From Candidatus Levybacteria bacterium RIFCSPHIGHO2_01_FULL_40_16 (GTDB lineage: Bacteria; Patescibacteriota; Microgenomatia; Levybacterales; UBA12049): a stretch of DNA of 64,000 nucleotides. The number at the start of each line of letters is the position of its first letter. Positions within the stretch are counted from its first letter, which is position 1. Below are positions 28,357-37,269 of this stretch, in pieces. A model generated the notes under the pieces. It was given only the letters and a program-made list of their open reading frames with translations, was not told the DNA's origin and searched no databases. The stretch lies in NCBI GenBank assembly GCA_001783805.1, contig MFNS01000001.1, positions 342,921-406,920 of the forward strand, given 5' to 3'. A program made the translations under genes and the position numbers.

Positions 28357-29767
28357 TTTGCACTCCTTTTGGAGTATCTTTTATATTGTAACCGAGTTTT
28401 CTGATTTTGTTGCGGATATGGTCTGCTTGAGTAAAGCTCCTCTGTTTCCTCAACGCGTTCCGTTCTTCAATCAATCTTTGCACTTCCGCGGGTACGACAA
28501 TTTTTATTGATTTACTTTTTTCTTTTGCTTTATCAAAACCCAAGCCTAAAACCTGATCCATCTTCAGCAAACTTTCTGCTTTAGCACTATCCGGATAATT
28601 GGATTTAATCAGCTCCCAAACAATCGACAAAGCTTTGGACATATTTAAATCATCATTTATCGCCTCCAGAAATTTTTCTTCATATTCCGCGCAGCCGACT
28701 TTTGGATTTTTTAATTTAGAAACTTCCTCAATCAAACGCTTGTAGGCAATTTGCGCTGCTTCCAGAGCATCCCAGGTAAAATTCATTTCCTGGCGGTAAT
28801 GAGTTTGTAAATAAAGATAACGCAAAGCCAACGGATCAAAACCTTTTTTAACCACACCCTCAACAGTCCAAATATTTCCGGTACTTTTGCTCATTTTATT
28901 TCCGTCAACATGCAGAAAATTATGGTGCACCCAATATTTTACGAATTCTTTTCCGGTTGCGGCTTCGGATTGGGCAATTTCATTGGTGTGATGAATTGAG
29001 ATATGATCAATCCCGCCCGTATGAATATCCAAAGTTTCCGTATCCAAACCTTTAATCGCCATTGTCGAACACTCCATATGCCACCCAGGAAATCCTAATC
29101 CCCAAGGGCTTGCCCACTCCATCTGTCGTTTACCCTCCGATGACACCCTCGGGGTGTTTTTTGATTGCACCTTAGAATAGCTAAACTTCCACAAGGCAAA
29201 ATCTGTTAGATGCTTTTTTCCCGCGACCATTTCAATTCTTGCGCCTGCTTTTAGTTCACTTATATTCTGACCGGAAAGTTTGGTGTAATTTGGAAATTTT
29301 GAAGTATCAAAATAAATTCCGTCTGCAATTTTGTAAGTAAAGCCCTTTTGTTCCAAAGTCTGAATAAAGACGATCTGTTCTCTAATGTAGTCTGTCGCGC
29401 GCATCACAATACTTGGTGGCTGAATATTTAAAGCATTTATGGAATTGAAAAATTGTTTTTCGAATTTCTTGGCAATTTCCCAAGTGCTCATGCCAAATTT
29501 ACGCGCTCCTTTTTCCATCTTGTCTTCTCCAGTATCCGAATCAGATACCAAATGCCCAACATCCGTAATATTCATGACCTGCTTTACTTTAAATCCGTTA
29601 AATTCCAAAACCCTTATCAAAATATCATCTCCGACATACCTGCGCATGTGTCCGATATGCTGATAATCATAAACTGTCGGTCCGCAGGCATACATATTTA
29701 CAACCGGCGGATTTATCGGTATAAATTCTTCTATCTTCCGCGTTAAGGTATTATATATCTTTAACAT
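28343..29767 (-). CDS. cysS: Cysteine--tRNA ligase
   Basis: CGPTVY, HIGH, PGWHMEC, KMSKS. Confidence 0.97.
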   Translation of the reverse strand: MLKIYNTLTRKIEEFIPINPPVVNMYACGPTVYDYQHIGHMRRYVGDDILIRVLEFNGFKVKQVMNITDVGHLVSDSDTGEDKMEKGARKFGMSTWEIAKKFEKQFFNSINALNIQPPSIVMRATDYIREQIVFIQTLEQKGFTYKIADGIYFDTSKFPNYTKLSGQNISELKAGARIEMVAGKKHLTDFALWKFSYSKVQSKNTPRVSSEGKRQMEWASPWGLGFPGWHMECSTMAIKGLDTETLDIHTGGIDHISIHHTNEIAQSEAATGKEFVKYWVHHNFLHVDGNKMSKSTGNIWTVEGVVKKGFDPLALRYLYLQTHYRQEMNFTWDALEAAQIAYKRLIEEVSKLKNPKVGCAEYEEKFLEAINDDLNMSKALSIVWELIKSNYPDSAKAESLLKMDQVLGLGFDKAKEKSKSIKIVVPAEVQRLIEERNALRKQRSFTQADHIRNKIRKLGYNIKDTPKGVQIEKI

Positions 29768-29774
29768 ATTCTTA

Positions 29775-29875
29775 AATTTCTAATTTCTAATTTTTAATTT
29801 CTAGCCAATGTCAAATTTTTAAAAATTTAATAAATAAAAATTCAATAAAAATTGAAAATTTAAAATTAAAAATTC
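29775..29875. repeat. Inverted pair of heptamer arrays
   Basis: (AATTTCT)x4 at 29775-29802 and (AAAATTN)x4 at 29848-29875. Confidence 0.7.
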
Positions 29876-29877
29876 CG

Positions 29878-30477
29878 CTATCCTGCTGCGCCTCGGAACA
29901 TTTCTGTTTTGTTTTGCTCTCTCACAATCGCCAACGGAGGCGGTTTTTTCGCTTCTTTTTGCTGCAAGTCCTGCATTTCTTTGTTTTTCTCCTGCTCTAC
30001 TTTTTCTGCGGGCCTTTCTTCTCCGCCGGCCGGCGGATTTTTTGGATTAAATGTCGGATCATAATAAACGTCTTTGTGCAATTGATTTCGCAACTCTATC
30101 AGCCTTTTTTGCTCTTCAAGAGTTTTGTCGGCAATCTGCTCTTGAAATTCGCTCGGTTTTTTACCCTCCACCGTTGCCTGCTTATTGGTTTTCAAACTTC
30201 CATCCTGCGACATGTCCGACTTGCCATAAAGATCCTTTAAAAATTTAATCCGTTCTTCATCCGATTGCCACTGCTTTTGCTTTGGCTCACTCGCCTCGCT
30301 GGAGCTTTGACGAAGCGGGCCGAAGTCCTCAGCGGAAGCGGCAGGCTTGGCTATCCCAACTTGTCCGGCTAAATCTTGTGCAATTTCTTCAGGTATTTTT
30401 ATAGCCTGTTTTGCGGTCTGTTTCGCAGTTTGTCCGAGCTGATTAAGCGCCCCTCCCAAAATTGTCGTATCATCCAT
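29878..30477 (-). CDS. Hypothetical charged protein carrying several palindromic insertions
   Basis: ORF co-oriented with cysS; inserts at 30022 and 30281-30342. Confidence 0.7.
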   Translation of the reverse strand: MDDTTILGGALNQLGQTAKQTAKQAIKIPEEIAQDLAGQVGIAKPAASAEDFGPLRQSSSEASEPKQKQWQSDEERIKFLKDLYGKSDMSQDGSLKTNKQATVEGKKPSEFQEQIADKTLEEQKRLIELRNQLHKDVYYDPTFNPKNPPAGGEERPAEKVEQEKNKEMQDLQQKEAKKPPPLAIVREQNKTEMFRGAAG

Positions 30478-30533
30478 ATTCAAATTTTAATTGTTTGACA
30501 GGCCAAAAGCAATATGATATAAAGCAAGATTAT

Positions 30534-31301
30534 ATGGTAACTTCCAAAGAGTCTTTTGAATCCAAATTATTAGCCCATGATATTATTCTCCTCGCAAGAT
30601 TATTAGGGAAAAAACCGGAAAGATCTGTTTCATTGTCTTTTGCAACCGTTGAAGGATTTATTAAAGATGATGCGAAAGTTGAGCTTCCTCCACCCTTAAT
30701 TGATCAATTAAACCTAGAATCTTTATCTTGGGTAATTTGTAGGGAAAGGCCGATGGTAAAAACTTCTTTACCAGTTTTGTACATGGGTAAGCGCCCTCAA
30801 GAATCCAACAAATTAACTACGGACATTGCCGATGCGACTGTTACCATCATGATTGACAATACGTATCTACGGGCAGCATGGGTTGATCGTAATCAAAAAA
30901 AAATTATTGCCGCTGTCTATAAACTTATGGGAGATAAAACTCTTGCTGAGCTAAACGTGTCAATGAGGTATTTTGAATGGAAGAAATATGCAGAAGGATT
31001 GTCTAAAGATGATATTGATAGCTCAACAGTATCTATACCTACAGACATCGAAAAACCATACGAAACAGCGGGCCTCATAACAAAGATCATGTATGATCTG
31101 ACAAATGAATCGGTCTTCCAGCTTCCCAATATTGAAACTCCCCGTAGCTCTAGGGCATTAATCTTTAAGTTTAATAACAATCCTACCCTTAAAGCTCGCG
31201 GTTATCATGAAGAAAGAAAAGGTAAAATCGCAACTGTTGGTTTAACGGACAACGAAGGCTCACCCAGCTGGAGAATCGATATCCCTGGAAAACTTCAATA
31301 G
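30534..31301 (+). CDS. Hypothetical protein
   Basis: TTGACA-17-TATAAA promoter at 30495-30523, start MVTSKE. Confidence 0.7.
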   Translation: MVTSKESFESKLLAHDIILLARLLGKKPERSVSLSFATVEGFIKDDAKVELPPPLIDQLNLESLSWVICRERPMVKTSLPVLYMGKRPQESNKLTTDIADATVTIMIDNTYLRAAWVDRNQKKIIAAVYKLMGDKTLAELNVSMRYFEWKKYAEGLSKDDIDSSTVSIPTDIEKPYETAGLITKIMYDLTNESVFQLPNIETPRSSRALIFKFNNNPTLKARGYHEERKGKIATVGLTDNEGSPSWRIDIPGKLQ

Positions 31302-31312
31302 AAATTCGCATC

Positions 31313-31945
31313 TCAATAATCCTGCCTACCTTCCATGGCGCGTTGAAGAGTTAGTTCGTCGGCGTATTCGATGTCCGCTCCCGTCGGCAATCCCCGCCCA
31401 ATGCGGGTAATTTTTAATTTTGCTTGTCCTTCCGAAGCTTTAGCGGAGGAGGAAGTTTTGATTTGTTTACTAATATACATTGCTGTTGCCTCTCCCTCCA
31501 TGGTCGGATTCGTTGCCAAAATGATTTCACTGATTGCAGACTGATTTCCGCGGATTCGTTCAAGCAATTGATTAATGCGGATCTCATCCGGACCGATGTT
31601 GCTCAACGGATCTATTCTTCCATGAAGCACGTGATAAATCCCCTTATATTTTCCGTTTTTCTCAAGCGCCAAAACATCCAGCGGCTCCTCGACCACGCAA
31701 ATAATTGACTTATTCCGCTCCCGATTCGCACAAATACTGCAGGGGTCGCTCTCGTCTACCGAAAAGCAAATAGAACAAATAATTGTTCCTTTTTTGAGAT
31801 TTTGGATTGAATTTGAAAAGCTATCTAATTCACCTTGCGGGACATGTAAAAGGTAAAAGGTCAAACGCTGGGCGGTTTTGCTACCAATACCGGGTAACTT
31901 CTCAAAAGATTCAATTAAATTCTGTATTGCCTTGGGAATCTTCAT
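31313..31945 (-). CDS. recR: Recombination protein RecR
   Basis: LPGIGSKTAQR, C4 zinc finger, ATNPTMEGEAT. Confidence 0.97.
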   Translation of the reverse strand: MKIPKAIQNLIESFEKLPGIGSKTAQRLTFYLLHVPQGELDSFSNSIQNLKKGTIICSICFSVDESDPCSICANRERNKSIICVVEEPLDVLALEKNGKYKGIYHVLHGRIDPLSNIGPDEIRINQLLERIRGNQSAISEIILATNPTMEGEATAMYISKQIKTSSSAKASEGQAKLKITRIGRGLPTGADIEYADELTLQRAMEGRQDY

Positions 31946-31960
31946 GTTGCACTCTTATTT

Positions 31961-32851
31961 TTACATTTTTAATTGCTCAGCTATCATTTGCGACACTGAC
32001 AGAATTTGAAGTTTGGGGAATCTTTTTTCTTTAGGTATATTAATCGTGTCCGTGACAAAAACTTTTTTCAAAGAAGAATTGCTTAAAATACTTGGCGCTT
32101 GATCTGAAAAAACAGCATGAGTCGCAAAGACGAAGATTTCTTTTACTCCTTTTTTCTTTAACAAATCAGATGCGCCAACAATAGTTCCTCCTGTTGAAAT
32201 CATATCATCAATTATAACTGCATTTTCTTTGACTTTTCCCTCAATTCCATCCATCGCAACTTTTCCGGTTGCCAAGTTTCTATCTTTTTTTATGACCGCG
32301 AAAGGCATATTGCCTAACATTCTTGACAAAAGTTTTATTCTCCTTATTCCTCCGGAATCCGGAGAAATTAGCACAGTAGCTTTGCCCATTTTTTTAATCT
32401 CTTGAGCAAATATCGGAAGCGCAGACAAATGATTGAGTTTTATTTTAAAAATCTCCGGAATTTTTATAGAATGAAGGTCAAACGAGATGACCTCATCTAC
32501 CCCTCCCCATTTCAAAAGCGTTGCAATCACTTCCAAAGAAACTGCTTCTCCCTCCCTAAAAACATGATCTTGTCTTTGATATCCAAGGTATGGAATGACT
32601 GCTTTTATTTTACTGGCTCCGGATCTTCTCAAGGCATCAACGATGAAAAAAAGCTCCATATAGCTTTTATCGGGCTCGGGAGATGTTGGCTGAACCACAA
32701 CGCAATCTTCGTCAGTAACCCTTTCTAACACTCTTATTCTTTTCTCCCCGTCCGGAAAGACGTAGATTTCAAGAGGCGATAAATCTTGTCCTAATTTTTC
32801 TGCAATTTTTTGAGCCAGGGGTCTATTGGAAGTTCCGCTAAAAATCTTCAT
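31961..32851 (-). CDS. prs: Ribose-phosphate pyrophosphokinase
   Basis: FPDGE, YQRQD, DLHS, IIDDMISTGGT. Confidence 0.95.
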   Translation of the reverse strand: MKIFSGTSNRPLAQKIAEKLGQDLSPLEIYVFPDGEKRIRVLERVTDEDCVVVQPTSPEPDKSYMELFFIVDALRRSGASKIKAVIPYLGYQRQDHVFREGEAVSLEVIATLLKWGGVDEVISFDLHSIKIPEIFKIKLNHLSALPIFAQEIKKMGKATVLISPDSGGIRRIKLLSRMLGNMPFAVIKKDRNLATGKVAMDGIEGKVKENAVIIDDMISTGGTIVGASDLLKKKGVKEIFVFATHAVFSDQAPSILSNSSLKKVFVTDTINIPKEKRFPKLQILSVSQMIAEQLKM

Positions 32852-32897
32852 AGAGTTATTCTACTATCGTAAAACCTCTTAATCAACAAGAAAAACT

Positions 32898-33188
32898 TTA
32901 CTGGCCGCCCATTCCTCCCAAAAGACCGCTTAATCCTCCCTGCATTTGCGAGAGTTTTTTGGCCGCAACTTCTTGAGACTTTTTGATTGCTTCATTAACC
33001 GCGTCTTTGATGTCATTGTCCGATTGTCCATTGGACAAAAGTTCTTTTATTTTCTGGTCTCCTGAAATAACAATGCGTACGCCATTCTTGTCAACAGTTA
33101 CCTCTTCGGCCTGGAGTTCTCTTTGAATTTGCATCGCCTGATCGCGCATTTTTTTAATTTCCCCGATTTGTTTAAATGGATTTAGCAT
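32898..33188 (-). CDS. ybaB: YbaB/EbfC nucleoid-associated protein
   Basis: Size, sequence pattern and position downstream of dnaX and near recR. Confidence 0.85.
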   Translation of the reverse strand: MLNPFKQIGEIKKMRDQAMQIQRELQAEEVTVDKNGVRIVISGDQKIKELLSNGQSDNDIKDAVNEAIKKSQEVAAKKLSQMQGGLSGLLGGMGGQ

Positions 33189-33251
33189 TAATTTTTCACC
33201 CCCTTATAGAAACTGTTTCCAAATCTTAATTTGGAATTACAGTTTCTTGAA

Positions 33252-33320
33252 TCCGCCAATATTCGCTCTTTGAGCCGCGCTACGAATAGTAGCATAAGGC
33301 GAAAAGTAAGAATAGGCGGA
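33252..33320. other. Structured intergenic element (multibranch hairpin)
   Basis: Closing stem TCCGCC.ATATTC / GAATA.GGCGGA with inner GCTC/GAGC and GCTAC/GTAGC stems. Confidence 0.55.
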
Positions 33321-33322
33321 CT

Positions 33323-34807
33323 TTACCTATTTTTTAATTCTATTTCTATTTTAACATTTTTTTTCGTAATTCCTCTTAGGGCATTTTCCAATACTTCTTC
33401 AGTTTTAACTTCGCTAAGTTTGTCTTTATGAAATTTAAAATTTGTCTGCAATAATAATTTTTTACCATCGTAGCTTTTTATACTGCATCCGCGCAAAACT
33501 CCGGCTATAGAATGATTGTAGGTTTTTACTTTATCTACTAAAGCAGTCCACAAAGCATCATGCTCGCTATAATTTGAAATCCCCTGCTGGACGATATTAA
33601 TCGTTTCTTTTTTTATATCTAGTCGAGGGGTGGCGCGACTGGAGGGCGTCCCGTCGAGTGACCGCAGGGGGCTTGCGACCGAGGACGTCGGACGGGACGA
33701 AGGAGCGACAGGACCCCGAACTGATGAAGTATGGTCCGCCCCAACAGCGACTGAACACCATTCGACAATCACTAATTCCAATGGCAATTGGGGAAGCACT
33801 GCATATTTCAGCTCACTTTTTGCTTTTGCTAATAATTCAATCAGTCTTTTTATTTCTCCTATTTCTAATTTTGAATTATCCATTACGAGCACCGAATTAT
33901 CTTCTGAAAATTCCACTCCCGCTTTAAAAAGCAAACTATTATGTAAAGTTTCTATGAGCCCCTGCATGAAATACCCCATCTCAACCCCCTCGCTTGCGAG
34001 CTTTGCGACTATTCCCAATCCCCCCTTCGTATCTTTTTCTTCCAAAGATTTTATCATTTGGGCTATTTGATATTGTGTGCTGGCAATTGAATAATTTTTC
34101 TCGACCAATTCTTTGGTGATTTTTTTATTCTTGGCTAGCGTTACTATTTCTTCCAGAATTTTCGCTCCATCCCTAAAGCTTCCATCCGAAAGATTAGCAA
34201 TTAAGCGTAGGGCATCTTCCTCTGCTTCCAAATTTTCTTTTTTAATTATTTTCCCAAATGAACGGACCAGCTCTTCCTCGGTTGCTCTTTTAAATTGTAT
34301 GCGTAAACAGCGCGATATTATTGTGCCGGGAACTTTGTGGGGTTCGGTTGTACAAAGGATAAAAACCACGTGGCTTGGCGGCTCTTCCAAAGTTTTAAGA
34401 AGCGCATTGAAAGCCTCCGTAGTTAGCATGTGAACTTCATCAATAATGTAAACTTTTCTGGTCGCGCTCATTGGAGACAATTTTACTTTCTCACGAAGAT
34501 CGCGGATTTCATCTATTCCTCTATTTGATGCGCCGTCTATTTCCAGAATATCCATATTCGTTCCATTGGTTATGGATACGCATTGCTCGCATTTGTTGCA
34601 CGGCTCGATACCCTTTGTTTTCTTTTCGCAATTCAGGACTTTTGCGACAATTCTGGCTGTTGACGTTTTTCCCAAACCCTTAGAACCCGTAAAGAGAAAC
34701 GCATGCGGAACCGATGAGCTTTCCAGAACATTGTAAAGTTTTTCGCGAACTTCTTTGCTGTCAAGCTCTTCTATTTTTTGCGGACGATATTTCCGATAAA
34801 AAACCAT
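33323..34807 (-). CDS. dnaX: DNA polymerase III subunit gamma/tau
   Basis: YRKYRP, GLGKTS, EIDGASN, IIDEVHML, SRC. Confidence 0.97.
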   Translation of the reverse strand: MVFYRKYRPQKIEELDSKEVREKLYNVLESSSVPHAFLFTGSKGLGKTSTARIVAKVLNCEKKTKGIEPCNKCEQCVSITNGTNMDILEIDGASNRGIDEIRDLREKVKLSPMSATRKVYIIDEVHMLTTEAFNALLKTLEEPPSHVVFILCTTEPHKVPGTIISRCLRIQFKRATEEELVRSFGKIIKKENLEAEEDALRLIANLSDGSFRDGAKILEEIVTLAKNKKITKELVEKNYSIASTQYQIAQMIKSLEEKDTKGGLGIVAKLASEGVEMGYFMQGLIETLHNSLLFKAGVEFSEDNSVLVMDNSKLEIGEIKRLIELLAKAKSELKYAVLPQLPLELVIVEWCSVAVGADHTSSVRGPVAPSSRPTSSVASPLRSLDGTPSSRATPRLDIKKETINIVQQGISNYSEHDALWTALVDKVKTYNHSIAGVLRGCSIKSYDGKKLLLQTNFKFHKDKLSEVKTEEVLENALRGITKKNVKIEIELKNR

Positions 34808-34810
34808 AGG

Positions 34811-35197
34811 TTATTCGTGGCCAATCCCTAACAGGTGCAGCATTCCGTGCTCGGTTAATTCGTCAACCTTGTCGTCCACAAGCATTTCTTCCTTAGACGC
34901 GTCTCTTATAACCTGCGGATAGGACATAACGATATCCCCAAGTCTTAATACGGCATTACCCAAGTGTGTCGATTCACCTTCGGATAAAGAAAAAGACAAA
35001 ATATTTCTGGTTTTATCCTCACCCTTGTACTTCTTGCTTAAAGCGCGCATTTTCCTATCTCCTACAATTGCAACAGAGACCTCAACTGGTCCTTTAATTT
35101 CATGCTCTGCTAACACTTTGAGGATGGTTTTTTTGATACGCTTCCTATCAACCCGATATCTGCTTTCCACAAAAATGGGGATTGTTACTTTTTCCAT
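34811..35197 (-). CDS. ybeY: rRNA maturation endoribonuclease YbeY
   Basis: LGDIV, EHGMLHLLGIGH. Confidence 0.9.
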   Translation of the reverse strand: MEKVTIPIFVESRYRVDRKRIKKTILKVLAEHEIKGPVEVSVAIVGDRKMRALSKKYKGEDKTRNILSFSLSEGESTHLGNAVLRLGDIVMSYPQVIRDASKEEMLVDDKVDELTEHGMLHLLGIGHE

Positions 35198-35198
35198 A

Positions 35199-35381
35199 TT
35201 AAGCCCACATCTTCTTTGCACGCCTCGCGTCTTCCTTTTTCTGCTTTCGGGCAAGTGATGGTTTCAGGTAAAAAGCGCGTCTTTTTGCCTCAGGAATAAT
35301 TCCTTCATTTAAGACTTTTCTTTGAAATTTGCGAATTAATGTGTCATCGCTGTCTCCCGGCATTCTTCTAACCACTACCAT
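35199..35381 (-). CDS. rpsU: 30S ribosomal protein S21
   Basis: LIRKFQRKV, FYLKPS. Confidence 0.9.
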   Translation of the reverse strand: MVVVRRMPGDSDDTLIRKFQRKVLNEGIIPEAKRRAFYLKPSLARKQKKEDARRAKKMWA

Positions 35382-35469
35382 AATTCAACACCTCGATTCT
35401 AAAAATCAGTTGTACCCTATTTTACTCCAAACCCAAAACAGAGTAAATACCCAAACCGATACACAAGAC

Positions 35470-35847
35470 TTAGGCGGACATCTCTGCAGCTTTACCCAGA
35501 GGTCCCATGAGATGGAGGTGTAAATGATCTATAATTTGCGCTCCCCCTCCATTGATGACAACACGATAGCCTTTATTTTCAAGCTTCTGCTCCTTAATCA
35601 TTTTCTGGATTACTTTTGTAAGCTTAATCATTAATCCCTGCCCGCCATTGGCTTCGCTTTCAGGCGATGGCGGGCGGGCTTTATCATTCATCATTAATAA
35701 ATCTCCAAGGTGTTTTTTGGGAATAATTAATAAATGAACAGGTTTTAACGGATGAATGTCGGGAAAAACCATAATATTAGCATCTTCGTATGTAAATTCC
35801 TTCGGAATAATTCTGTCTCTGATTTTGCAAAATATGCAAGACTTCAT
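35470..35847 (-). CDS. HIT-family nucleotide hydrolase
   Basis: CIFCKI, HLLIIPKKH, HLHLHL. Confidence 0.92.
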   Translation of the reverse strand: MKSCIFCKIRDRIIPKEFTYEDANIMVFPDIHPLKPVHLLIIPKKHLGDLLMMNDKARPPSPESEANGGQGLMIKLTKVIQKMIKEQKLENKGYRVVINGGGAQIIDHLHLHLMGPLGKAAEMSA

Positions 35848-35848
35848 T

Positions 35849-36754
35849 TTAAATTTTCTCCAACACTTTTATTATTTCTTTAATCCCCAGCTTGCTTGGA
35901 CGCATTTTTGGATTTTTGACTGATCCATTGAGAAGCATTTTTTTTCCAACATGCAGAAACCAGGTGGCATCCGGATCCAGTTTTTTCAGCTTTTCATAAA
36001 CAGGGGTCAAGTCTATATTTATTTTGCCGATGACAGGCACGGCTTTGATGCGGATGTACCCCTTTCTCGGATCTTTTCTTAAAACGATTACATAGCCCAT
36101 CTTTTGAGATAATTTGATAACCGTATCGTTTAAAGTTTCAAAGCCAATTCCTTTTCCAAATTGAGTGGTAAACTTTTGGCCATTTTCTCTGATTTCTTTT
36201 TCCGCCCAGATTCTATTTTCAAATTCGTGCAAAACCGCGTCTAATCCCTTGCTCACAAATTCAACATAATAATCATCCTGATTGGGAAATTGAAATTTAA
36301 GTCCATCCAAAATGCTTGTCAGATTAAACTCATGATAGTCTGCAACTGCATCTTTCCAAAATACTTCCTTAAAATGATCAATATCTACAATTACTCCAAT
36401 CATTCTGGAGATCGCTTCTGTTTTGCTCTTTATTTTGTCATTCTGAATTCTGAATTCTGAATTCTGAATTCTGACGTAATCCCAGGTTAGACTCGCACCG
36501 CAGACTTTGTCCGATACGGTCTGGTGATGATCCAAAGGTCCCAAACCCGTATCAACATGAATTACCTCGTCATCCTCAATGACTTCAATTGGAGACGCTT
36601 CATTTCCATTTTTCCATTTTCCGCTGTCAATCCGTTCCCCTGCCGGTACAAATCTTACAGTTGCAGTTTCCCATCCCGGTAAAAACTTTTTAATTAGCCA
36701 AACTGAAGTAATTGCATCCATATCCGGAGACGTATGCGTCACAACAATTTTCAT
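35849..36754 (-). CDS. DHH/MYG1-like phosphoesterase-fold protein
   Basis: VTHTSPDMDA, VDTG..LDHHQ. Confidence 0.65.
   Translation of the reverse strand: MKIVVTHTSPDMDAITSVWLIKKFLPGWETATVRFVPAGERIDSGKWKNGNEASPIEVIEDDEVIHVDTGLGPLDHHQTVSDKVCGASLTWDYVRIQNSEFRIQNDKIKSKTEAISRMIGVIVDIDHFKEVFWKDAVADYHEFNLTSILDGLKFQFPNQDDYYVEFVSKGLDAVLHEFENRIWAEKEIRENGQKFTTQFGKGIGFETLNDTVIKLSQKMGYVIVLRKDPRKGYIRIKAVPVIGKINIDLTPVYEKLKKLDPDATWFLHVGKKMLLNGSVKNPKMRPSKLGIKEIIKVLEKI
36440..36474. repeat. Perfect heptamer tandem (ATTCTGA)x5 inside a CDS
   Basis: Counted directly; encodes RIQNSEFRIQN. Confidence 0.95.
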
Positions 36755-36822
36755 GCTTTCAAGTATACAGCAGTATCCTCTACTTGACAAATTATTGAAA
36801 ATAAAAGACTATATTAATATCT

Positions 36823-37269
36823 ATGGATCCGCAAAAACTGTCTCAATTAGATCCCAAATTAAGAGAAGCTTATCAGCGCGTCATGGGGACCACGATTCCA
36901 ACGCCCCCGGCCGCCCCCATTCAAACGCAAGCTCCTCCGCCGTCAATTCCTTCTGACCCGACCCAAATTCCGCAGCCTCAACCGATAATAAATCCGCAGT
37001 CTCAAGCTGTTCCAATGCCAGAGTCGGTCCCTACACAACCGGCCACTAATTTCGTTCAGATGAATTCCGAAGTGCCGGCTCCTGCTCAAAATTTTACAAC
37101 TCCACCCCCAATGCCTCTAGCACAAACTATGGCTGTAAAAAAGAAAAGCGGAATAATAATGCCAATCTTGTTCGGATTTGCGGCTTTGGTTTTTATTGCA
37201 ATTTACACTCTTTTCTGGACAAAAATCTTCAATTTCAATCTTCCCTTCAAGCTCCCCTTTTTACCCTAA
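36823..37269 (+). CDS. Pro/Gln-rich protein with C-terminal TM
   Basis: TTGACA-type promoter just upstream; low-complexity linker plus TM. Confidence 0.75.
   Translation: MDPQKLSQLDPKLREAYQRVMGTTIPTPPAAPIQTQAPPPSIPSDPTQIPQPQPIINPQSQAVPMPESVPTQPATNFVQMNSEVPAPAQNFTTPPPMPLAQTMAVKKKSGIIMPILFGFAALVFIAIYTLFWTKIFNFNLPFKLPFLP

Noticed and set aside
33630-34070. 146-aa + strand ORF and similar antisense ORFs (e.g. 48542-48856, 54870-55517)
   Set aside because: They lie opposite well-supported genes and show no motifs; open by codon bias or GC-rich inserts
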